Positions 7,827 through 16,000 of a stretch of DNA of 27,836 bases are shown here, piece after piece. Every line of letters starts with the position of its first letter. Positions within the stretch are counted from its first letter, which is position 1. The position numbers were made by a program, and so were the translations under genes. The notes beneath the pieces are model-generated. The model was not told where the DNA came from. It saw only the letters and a program-made list of their open reading frames with translations, and made no database searches. The stretch is from a virus (taxonomy: Duplodnaviria > Caudoviricetes), in the IMG/VR virus record IMGVR_UViG_3300030330_005380, positions 1-27,836 of that record; one strand, given 5' to 3'.

Positions 7827-8665
7827 TAGACTTTATTAATAAAGCCACGCTCTCGCTTAAGCTGAAACTCTTCTTGTACAAGAACTCAGAAGGGCAAATC
7901 AAACTCCAGCGCAGACCTTCAGAAAAAGGTCTTGTAAAAGAGGGGTACGAAAAAAAGGTTGTCGCTTGTTTAGTTGGATTACCTAAAACTGCTCACAGTA
8001 CTATAGACGAAAAGCTTAAAACTTTTACCCGAGAAGGGATGCGAGATGCCCCTTCGTCTAGCGAGATGTTTACTTATTCTAGCGATCATCATCTCTATGT
8101 TTCCGACGAGTCGAGCTTGGAAAACATGAGAAAACGCTTTCATGAAAGCGAGTTTAGTAAGGCCAAACGAACAATGAAAAACGTTTTAGAAAAATATTCT
8201 TTAACTCACGATGATGTTTTATATTTTTCTTTTGTAAGGAATCCCTTCGATCAAGCTTACTCTGCTTGGAGGGAGGCTTCTGGGACTTGGGCTAACGACT
8301 TAGATTTTCAAGATTTTGTGGAAAAATGTATTGATTTTTATTCTAACAAAAAGAAGCCGAAAGATATGTCCGAAGCTTGTCAACTTTGGCATCTTAGACC
8401 TCAGTACGAAAATTTATTAGACGAAGATAATAAAATTGGAACCGATTTTATTTTTAAGTTTGAAAACATAGAAGAAGATCATAAAACCCTGTATAAGCTG
8501 ATTAATAAACGTGCTGAAGACACTGGCGACAAATTAATACACAGAAACCAAAGGTGCGACTCAAATGAAAGAAGAAATGGCTCATCTATAAGATTTTATA
8601 ATGAAAAAACAATAAAGTTAATAAAAGACTTCTACAAACAAGATTTTCTTTATTTTAATTATTGA
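7823..8665 (+). CDS. Sulfotransferase family 2 protein (degenerate motifs)
   Basis: LPKTAHSTI, FSFVRNPFDQAYS, HLRPQ, DFIFKFENIEED, YKQDFLYFNY. Confidence 0.75.
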   Translation: MIDFINKATLSLKLKLFLYKNSEGQIKLQRRPSEKGLVKEGYEKKVVACLVGLPKTAHSTIDEKLKTFTREGMRDAPSSSEMFTYSSDHHLYVSDESSLENMRKRFHESEFSKAKRTMKNVLEKYSLTHDDVLYFSFVRNPFDQAYSAWREASGTWANDLDFQDFVEKCIDFYSNKKKPKDMSEACQLWHLRPQYENLLDEDNKIGTDFIFKFENIEEDHKTLYKLINKRAEDTGDKLIHRNQRCDSNERRNGSSIRFYNEKTIKLIKDFYKQDFLYFNY

Positions 8666-8690
8666 CACAAAATCAGAAGTACAGCACTGT
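8662..8690 (+). promoter_or_regulatory. Possible sigma70-type promoter TTGACA-17-CACTGT
   Basis: Perfect -35, weak -10; upstream of ORF 8700 and the ncRNA. Confidence 0.35.
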
Positions 8691-8699
8691 AGAAACCTA

Positions 8700-8894
8700 A
8701 TGACCGATAAAAATAAAACAACTAAAGTCCTCGAGGTTAACATCACATACGCTCGAGTGGCTCTTATGTTACTTGCCTTGAATTTACTTGGCACTGGTTA
8801 TGCGTTAACCAAACTCAGCATGACTGCTGAACCTGTAGAAGAAGTGACTCCTACAGAAGTAACTACAACTTCCGAAGAGGATACGTCCTCTTAA
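8700..8894 (+). CDS. Small single-pass membrane protein
   Basis: Hydrophobic VALMLLALNLLGTGYAL followed by an acidic, Thr-rich tail. Confidence 0.7.
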   Translation: MTDKNKTTKVLEVNITYARVALMLLALNLLGTGYALTKLSMTAEPVEEVTPTEVTTTSEEDTSS

Positions 8895-8900
8895 TTAATT

Positions 8901-9078
8901 TTACTCTGGCGACGGCTGGAGTAAGGGTATGGCCGAATAACCCTCCAACATAAGGGGTAAGGCACAGGGTTACTAGAGAGAGTGCAATCGTATGACTCTT
9001 GTAATTCTGGTAAGCTGGTAAACTTGAACTGTATTGTGTACTGGCTTTGAAGGTAATGCAGCAATCCTTCTACCCATT
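8901..9078 (+). ncRNA. Structured ncRNA, resembling the manA RNA motif
   Basis: GC-enriched intergenic stretch with stems 8901-10/8915-24, 8925-29/9071-75 (closing), 8941-44/8953-56, 8965-73/9001-09, 8979-83/8995-99, 9014-20/9039-45, 9049-53/9066-70. Segments GGCCGAA, TAAGGCAC and TGAAGGT..AATCCTTC match my recollection of manA RNA (not verified). Confidence 0.65.
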
Positions 9079-9086
9079 AATTTCAC

Positions 9087-9111
9087 CCCCCTTTTAACAA
9101 GGGGGTTTTTT
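9087..9111 (+). terminator. Rho-independent terminator
   Basis: CCCCCTT-ttaac-AAGGGGG followed by TTTTTT. Confidence 0.85.
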
Positions 9112-9112
9112 A

Positions 9113-9141
9113 TTGCCTGTATTCCAGAAATGTGTTCATAT
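9113..9141 (+). promoter_or_regulatory. Putative promoter class II, TTG..TATTCCAGAAA..TGTT
   Basis: Shares TTG-N4-TATTCCAGAAA-N2-TGTT with 12969-12997; ATG 9148 follows. Confidence 0.5.
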
Positions 9142-9147
9142 GATTGT

Positions 9148-9465
9148 ATGAACAATGAATCAATGCGAGACGTAATCATTCACTCTCAAGCTATTGACGA
9201 CCTAGAAGACAGGCTAGAGTATCTGGTGAGAGATAAGTTAAACTACAATGTAGAAGATGCTGACCCAGTAGACGTAAACCAAGTCACCATCCTGCTCCCC
9301 AAGCTAATTAAGGAATACGAGTCTTTTATTAAAAGGCTGGAAGGTAATTACGCATATGATAAAGAATGTATTGAAAGCAACAAACGTTCTCTTGATTACT
9401 GGGAAAATTTGAGAGAGTTATGCTTTCCTAAGATGAAGCTAAAATTCCCATCTAACTGGAGTTAA
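9148..9465 (+). CDS. Hypothetical protein
   Basis: Start at ATG 9148 preferred; the track start at 9034 would run through the ncRNA and terminator. Confidence 0.7.
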   Translation: MNNESMRDVIIHSQAIDDLEDRLEYLVRDKLNYNVEDADPVDVNQVTILLPKLIKEYESFIKRLEGNYAYDKECIESNKRSLDYWENLRELCFPKMKLKFPSNWS

Positions 9466-9469
9466 TAAA

Positions 9470-10057
9470 ATGTTAAATCACCCACTCGAAATTAATGAAG
9501 GAGGCTGCGCTCCGCCAAATGCGAATAGGCTTTATCGAACCAAGACGTATCTGGTTGGACACATGCAATACTCTGAGGGGAGAAATTGGCGTGACTCAGT
9601 TGAAGCTGAACTCTCCAAACTTGGAGTTACTGTTTTTAACCCTTACAAAAAACCATTCGAGAAAGACGTAAGAGAAGATGAGGAAGAACGTCAATCTTTA
9701 GACTCCCTCATGGAAAAAGGAAGCTTCGAAGAGGTTGCCAGAAGGATGAGAACTGTCAGGACGTATGATTTGAATCTCGTAGATAGGTCTGATTTCATAA
9801 TCGCTCACATTATTCCTGCGGTGGCTAGCTGGGGAAGTGCAGAAGAACTTGTTACAGCTATACGCATGAAAAAACCCGTCTTCATCTCTATGGAGGGCGG
9901 TAAGAAAAAAACCCCACTATGGATGATGGGTCAATTACCCCATAAATATATCTATGATAGCCTTGATGAAATAGTAGAAATGATTAAAAAAATTGACTCA
10001 GGGCAACAAAGCATAGATGATGATAGATGGAGACTCCTAAACAAGCCTCTAAGGTAA
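9470..10057 (+). CDS. Nucleoside 2-deoxyribosyltransferase / nucleotide N-glycosidase-like protein
   Basis: YLVGHM..WR..FNP..DLNLVDRSDFIIA..WGSAEE..KKPV. Confidence 0.75.
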   Translation: MLNHPLEINEGGCAPPNANRLYRTKTYLVGHMQYSEGRNWRDSVEAELSKLGVTVFNPYKKPFEKDVREDEEERQSLDSLMEKGSFEEVARRMRTVRTYDLNLVDRSDFIIAHIIPAVASWGSAEELVTAIRMKKPVFISMEGGKKKTPLWMMGQLPHKYIYDSLDEIVEMIKKIDSGQQSIDDDRWRLLNKPLR

Positions 10058-10071
10058 TTCTATTTATTTAA

Positions 10072-10458
10072 ATGAAAATGAAGTGGACTATTCAAGAGCG
10101 TTTTTTCGTATTCCTTGGTTTAATTTGTCTTGGGACGTGGTTTACAGGCTACTACTATCATCATAAGTGGGACATGGACATACAACGGTCTATACATAGA
10201 GGCGAAGAAATATCGCAAAAACATATAGTTAACTCCATGACTAAAAGCATGGCAATAGAACACTGGAAAGCTATGTACCTTGGTCAAAAGCATTTTTCCG
10301 CAATGCTTGAAACACAAGTTGATGTGATAAACAACTACTGGAGTAAAGAAAACTCAAAATTAAGAGATGAGCTTTTCGATTCAAAACATTCAACGGGTCG
10401 CACTTACGACGAATTAGCACCAGAACAAAATGAAGAAAAAGAAACCAAAGATCGTTGA
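10072..10458 (+). CDS. Hypothetical membrane-anchored protein
   Basis: N-terminal hydrophobic FFVFLGLICLGTWFTGYYY. Confidence 0.65.
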   Translation: MKMKWTIQERFFVFLGLICLGTWFTGYYYHHKWDMDIQRSIHRGEEISQKHIVNSMTKSMAIEHWKAMYLGQKHFSAMLETQVDVINNYWSKENSKLRDELFDSKHSTGRTYDELAPEQNEEKETKDR

Positions 10459-10786
10459 AAAAGACTGGGGTAGAGAGATTTGGATGGCAAACAACCATGT
10501 CTACGATTACTGCGGTAAGATACTTCAAATATATCAAGGTTATAGCACCTCGCTTCATTTTCATATAAAGAAGCATGAAACATTTTACATAACCAAAGGC
10601 ACTCTTCAGGTAGATTTAGTGGATACTCAAGAAGGCGTATCAAATACTCACTTACTTTACGAGGGTGAAACTCTGGAAATATGCGCGGGAACCCCTCATA
10701 GATTAATTGCTTACGATGGAGACGTGGAGTTTATAGAGGTAAGCACTTTTCACATGGACTCAGACAGCAAAAGGATTGAAAGATGA
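10430..10786 (+). CDS. Cupin-domain protein (mannose-6-phosphate isomerase type II-like)
   Basis: VEKDWGREIW, YCGKIL, TSLHFHIKKHETFY, PHRL, EVST. Confidence 0.8.
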   Translation: MKKKKPKIVEKDWGREIWMANNHVYDYCGKILQIYQGYSTSLHFHIKKHETFYITKGTLQVDLVDTQEGVSNTHLLYEGETLEICAGTPHRLIAYDGDVEFIEVSTFHMDSDSKRIER

Positions 10787-11049
10787 GAAGGGGCAAGGCG
10801 TACAAAAGAAAACTGCTCAAAGCCAAGATGCTTAATTATGTTTCTTGCTTTATCGAGGATTTAAATAAAGTTCACCCAGACACCAAAGCTAAGTTTAGAA
10901 TTGAAGACCAAGAGATGCTTGTTGAAGACTACTTAAACACTTTTGTTGAAGACATAAACGACATAAAAACTGCTTACGACACAAAAGATGACGGTGAGAC
11001 CCTCGAAAAACTTTGGAACGGAAGTTATAACTATAATATCGAAGAATAG
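10783..11049 (+). CDS. Hypothetical protein
   Basis: 88 aa; ATGA overlap with the upstream stop. Confidence 0.7.
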   Translation: MRRGKAYKRKLLKAKMLNYVSCFIEDLNKVHPDTKAKFRIEDQEMLVEDYLNTFVEDINDIKTAYDTKDDGETLEKLWNGSYNYNIEE

Positions 11050-11057
11050 GCGTTATT

Positions 11058-11573
11058 ATGATTTATGTTTTATATGGGCAACCCGCTTCAGGTAAAACCA
11101 CGTTAGGGCAAATGCTTGCGGAGCATCTTCGGACACCATTCGTTATTGATGGCGATGAGTTCAGGGAGATGTTCACTAACAAAAACTACGGGAGAATCGG
11201 GCGTGAAGAGAACATTAAAAACGCTAACGCTGTCGCCACTTACCTGAATAAAAAAGGCGAAAGAGACGAGTGGTCAGCTATTTATTATAAAGGGCAAGAT
11301 GGCAATTCAATTCAAGGTAGGCCAGTTGAGAAAAGTACTGATGTTGTAATGTGTCTTGTTAATCCCTATAAGCATTTAAGAGAAGAGCTTGCTAATAATA
11401 ATCAAGATAAAGTGATTGAAGTTTTTTTGCAGTGTCGCAGAGACTTAAGGAAAGAATATCACGTAGAAGATTTTGAAATAGGTGATCCACGGTATACTCT
11501 CCGTACTGATAAATCCCCTGAGGAGTCTTGGAAAAATTTAAAAGAGCTTTTAAAAATCCCAGAATATAGATAA
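11058..11573 (+). CDS. cysC: Adenylyl-sulfate (APS) kinase-like P-loop kinase
   Basis: GQPASGKTT, IDGDEFR, GREENI, VNPY..R, DFE. Has an insertion and a shortened lid region. Confidence 0.7.
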   Translation: MIYVLYGQPASGKTTLGQMLAEHLRTPFVIDGDEFREMFTNKNYGRIGREENIKNANAVATYLNKKGERDEWSAIYYKGQDGNSIQGRPVEKSTDVVMCLVNPYKHLREELANNNQDKVIEVFLQCRRDLRKEYHVEDFEIGDPRYTLRTDKSPEESWKNLKELLKIPEYR

Positions 11574-11580
11574 GGTCATC

Positions 11581-11898
11581 ATGATGAGGTTGTTCATCTT
11601 CAAATTACTTTTTAGGCTGACTTGGTGGGTAGCACCTAATCGGCGTCGTGTTAATAAGATTTTTGAGATTTACGAAGAGTATATTAAAGCAGAAGAAGAT
11701 TATATAAAGTGCCAAGAAAGACAGGCTCAGATGGACTCCTGCGTTCAACCTCGGACAGAAACCTACGAACACCTTACTTGCAAAAAACAAAGAGCCATGT
11801 TTACGAAAAACATGCCTCCCCGTATATCTGATAAAGATCAACCTAGAAGTCATTACTCAGACTACGAAGAAGCTAAAAAATATCACGAAGCATCATGA
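11581..11898 (+). CDS. Hypothetical protein
   Basis: 105-aa ORF in the co-oriented run. Confidence 0.65.
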   Translation: MMRLFIFKLLFRLTWWVAPNRRRVNKIFEIYEEYIKAEEDYIKCQERQAQMDSCVQPRTETYEHLTCKKQRAMFTKNMPPRISDKDQPRSHYSDYEEAKKYHEAS

Positions 11899-12233
11899 AC
11901 TACAAAGAACTAACTGAATCAATAACTCAACAAACCTTTGTTCACCCAGATGATTCCTCGATTATATTGCTGGGGGGCGAAGGCGTGGGCATTGATTATT
12001 CAGACGCTTTCGTCGGCATTGTTGACGGACCTCATTCTTCTCAAAGGGCCTTGTATGATTACGAAAAATGCATTGAGATTGCTTGTCGAGAATTAAGCGA
12101 CGATGATGGCCCAGCCAGCTACCTAGAAGGCTTAGAGTGGTTTGAGTATAATACTCTTAGGGCAATTTCTTATCAAAGTCCTGAAAACTCTCCCCTCTTC
12201 TTAAATAAAATCGATTCCGACGATGAAGTTTAA
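11895..12233 (+). CDS. Conserved-type hypothetical phage protein
   Basis: YSDAFVG..ALYDYEKCIE..EWFEYNTL..PLF pattern seen in small phage proteins. Confidence 0.7.
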   Translation: MNYKELTESITQQTFVHPDDSSIILLGGEGVGIDYSDAFVGIVDGPHSSQRALYDYEKCIEIACRELSDDDGPASYLEGLEWFEYNTLRAISYQSPENSPLFLNKIDSDDEV

Positions 12234-12462
12234 TTCGCCAGAAGGAATATCTTACGACTTTAACAATAGAGTTAGCTACGACGAAGAGTCTGACTCTATG
12301 TATATTTATGTAGCTCCCCCACAAGGGCAAGTTGGAACTGTTTTAGTTTACAATGATGGCCGTAACATGGTAACAATAGACACAGACGAGGTTAACACTC
12401 AGGTAGGAATTGAAATAGTTGGCTTAACTAATTTAATGCGAAAATTTAATTTAAATAAATAA
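12223..12462 (+). CDS. DUF2283-like protein
   Basis: SYDEESDSMYI..IDTDE..VGIEI. Confidence 0.65.
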   Translation: MKFNSPEGISYDFNNRVSYDEESDSMYIYVAPPQGQVGTVLVYNDGRNMVTIDTDEVNTQVGIEIVGLTNLMRKFNLNK

Positions 12463-12468
12463 ATAAAA

Positions 12469-12960
12469 ATGAATCGACGAGACTTTATTAAATCGACAAG
12501 CGCAAGCGCAGCAGCAATTACCGTAGTACCCGCAGTTATTGCAAGTGAAGCAGAAGACTTTGCGCCAAAACCAGAGTATCCTTATTTTGTAAATTGCTAT
12601 ATTCAAAATCAAAGATATTGGCCCCTAGAGGAATACAAAGATGGTATTTTTGGCGGTGATCATGAAGGTATAAAAGATGAGGGGTACATGGGAGAAAAAT
12701 GGATTGACGGTCAATTACGTTTTAATAGTTTTGGTGCAGCGGTTGAGTTTATAGATACTCATAGTTTGGTAGTCCCTTTTTATAATGAAATTATGTATGA
12801 AGTTTTTCACGAAGTCTCTAAAGATGTGAGTATTGCCCCAAAACATATATTTACATACTGGGCTAAAATAAAAGAGGGTGAGTCTCCCGAAACGATTAGA
12901 TGGATTCGCCCAGACTACATCGATCACACAGCAGATGGAGCACTGATAGAACGCGCTTAA
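12469..12960 (+). CDS. Twin-arginine (Tat) signal-containing protein
   Basis: MNRRDFIK, then Ala-rich hydrophobic stretch and VIA-S cleavage-like site. Confidence 0.75.
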   Translation: MNRRDFIKSTSASAAAITVVPAVIASEAEDFAPKPEYPYFVNCYIQNQRYWPLEEYKDGIFGGDHEGIKDEGYMGEKWIDGQLRFNSFGAAVEFIDTHSLVVPFYNEIMYEVFHEVSKDVSIAPKHIFTYWAKIKEGESPETIRWIRPDYIDHTADGALIERA

Positions 12961-12968
12961 ATAATATC

Positions 12969-12997
12969 TTGTACATATTCCAGAAACATGTTTGAAT
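12969..12997 (+). promoter_or_regulatory. Putative promoter class II, TTG..TATTCCAGAAA..TGTT
   Basis: TTGTAC-17-TTGAAT, ATG 13005 7 nt later; spacer shared with 9113-9141. Confidence 0.5.
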
Positions 12998-13004
12998 CTA
13001 AAGC

Positions 13005-16000
13005 ATGTCTCAGCAGAAGATTGACCACAGACTTTTAAATCATTTTCTTAAACTGAAAATTTTTGACGGCTTAGGGCGTAAGCAAAAAAGTCTTGAGGAT
13101 GTTGAGGATTTATTAAACAATCTCAAAGAGGAACATCTCCTACTCAAAACTCAACAACACCTGAGAAAGGTTTGTGCTGAAAAAGGTGCAGACGAATACC
13201 AGAAATCCTTAGAAGGTGCTTTAGTTCAATTAAGAGGGGCAGCAGCCGAAATTATTTGTAACGCTGATACGATATTAAGAGGCGACACGAATATAAAGCG
13301 CGGTGAACGTATATCTCGCCAGAAAAGAGAAGAGTACAATATGGCCCTAAAAAAGCCTGAGGCGGGGGTTGATTATGAATGCGTAGACGCTCACCAACAC
13401 GTAGATAAAGCTATACAAACTAAGTGGTACTCTAATGCATCCTCTAAAACCATTTTCACAAATGATATTTCTACTACTTTAATTGATGGCTTACATTGGC
13501 CTATCCTCGAAATATGGACTAACGCCTCAAAAGTGGACTCAGATGTTATTAAAGATAACGTAGTAGTATCTTGCCGTAATTCTTTAAGCAACCGTCTTAC
13601 TCCACACTACTTATCTAATATTAAGAACCTAATTAAAGGTTCCGCAGTTAAACCACAAAAACCTTTAACTCCTCTTTGGTATCAAAAGATTGCGGTAAAA
13701 GCTTGCTTAAAAGCTTTCAAAAAATCTGACAGAGGCCAACTCAATGTGCCTTGTGGATGGGGTAAAACCTTAGCGGGACTCTGGATTGGAGAAGGTTTGG
13801 GGTCTAAAAAGACTTTAGCTTTGTGTCCTAGTAAAGACCTGTGTCGTCAAATCTTTTCGGCTTGGGCGCAAAACGGAAGCAAAAAAAATGTAAAACGACT
13901 CGTAGTATGCAGTGACGAGACCGTTTCTGATGACGCTATAGCTGCTTACGAAGACGAATTAGATTTTGCAGTAGTTAAAGATTCGGACAAGTTAAAAGAA
14001 CTAACTCAAGACTGCGCTGAATATGAAATCATTTGCACCTACCAATCAATCTCTAAGTTAATTGAGGCTGAATTAGACTTTGACTACGGCTTCTTCGACG
14101 AGGCTCATCGAACAACTCAACCAGACGACCACCTATTTGCGCTTGGTTTGTTTGATAGAAATATAAAAATTGAAAAACGTTTGTTCGCAACGGCGACTCG
14201 AAGGTTTGTTCACAGCAGAAACTCTCGCTGCAACACTATGGAAGATGAATCCGTTTACGGCCCCGTCTTTTATCAAATGTCTTTCTCGGAAGCGGTCAGA
14301 ACAGGACGCTCCCGCAAAAATGACAACGTTAAAATAATTTCTCCCGTTAAAATCGTAACGAATAAAATTACTAACCAAGATTTAGATAGGGAATTAATCA
14401 AGCATGGCGTAACCAGAGTTGGTTGGGATTTAGCTCAGACAAGAATGGTCGCTTCTATTATAGGCTTCTTAAAGGCCGTTGATACTTTAAATCTTAAGAA
14501 AAGTTTTATTTACACAAATCGAGTAAATTCAGCAGAGAGACTTGCCAATGACCCTGCGAATGGAATCTCTCAATTTACCGACAAAATAAAAGCCTTCCAT
14601 GTAAATGGAAACATGAGAAGCTCTGAAAGACAAAGAGAATTTACTTCTTTTTTAGAACAAGAATATTCGGTGATAACTAACGCAAGGTGTCTCAACGAGG
14701 GGGTTGATTGCCCATTGGTTGATTGTGTTGCGTTTTTTAACCCCCGCAAAAGCGTGATTGATATTGTACAATCCGTTGGCAGGGCGATGAGAGTCGATAA
14801 AAATAACCCAGATAAAGTTGGGTGTATATATGTAAACGTTTTCGAGGACGCGGAAGAAAATACCGACCAAGCTTTATACGATTCTCCTTACGAACTTTTG
14901 GTTGATGTTATTCTCGCAATGGCTTCTCATGATGATTCTTTGCAGGATTTACTTAACAAATGGCTTGAAGACGTTGGCGGTGGTGGAGACGGAGATTTTC
15001 CTGAAATATTTGAGGTGATAGATGGAGATGACGTTGACCTCGAAGAACTGCGAAACAGCATTATTAGTCAGGTAATGACTGTTTTCAGAAATGGAAAATG
15101 GTCTATATGGCGACAGCGAATTGGTTTAGCTAAAAAAATTAAAGAAAAATATGGTAGCCCTAATTTTCACAATTTTATGCGTAAACTACCGTGGGCGCAT
15201 CCTGAGGATTATACGTTTGCTGATGACCCCATGATAACGAAGGAATATATAACTTGGACTCGTAACTCATTAAGACTTGGACAGATTTCGGAATCAAAAC
15301 ATAATGAACTAATCGACTTAAACTTTGAATTCGAACCAGAACAACAACGGTGGAAAATTTTTACTAAATTAATGTCAAACCTCATAAAAGGTTATACCCA
15401 AATTAATTCGCCAAGTAAAATCAATTGGGGTTTAGCTGAACTTGAGATTGATAAATGGTCAGAAGGCCATATCAAATCCAAACAAGAATTTAAGGCTTTT
15501 AAATCCAGATTTAACGCTGCAAACAATGAAGTCGTGAAAAAATACAATGCGACTATTAACAAAGGCTCAAGACCCATTCAGTGTAAAAATAAAAGAGTTC
15601 ACCGAACGCATTTGAATGAGTGGCAGATGGACTACCTAAAAGATATCAACTGGACTCCGATTTTGCCGTGTGAAGCTGCGGAGGATGAATTAGTATCCAT
15701 TGTCGAAAAATTCTTACGCGAGGGTAGAAATGAAAACCAGAGAGGTCAAAATAGATGGGATTTTCAAAATGCCCATCATCACCTTTCTATCAGGGCTGAA
15801 GAAAAAACAGGTAAAATTATTTTTCCAGCGGAGTTAAAATATGACGGTGTTAATCTCGCGAATCTTATCTCCTTCAGAAGAAGACCTAGTAAGCCAAGTG
15901 ATTATAAACATGAAGCAGGAAGAAAACGCGCTGAATACCTTGAAAAACTAAGGCTGAAAACAGTTAAACGCCTTGAAAACCTTGGGGTTTGGATGGGCGA

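Noticed and set aside
8973-9179. ORF 8973-9179 (-) and the 9034-9147 N-terminal extension (+)
   Set aside because: Both overlap the structured RNA, terminator and promoter; ATG 9148 fits better.
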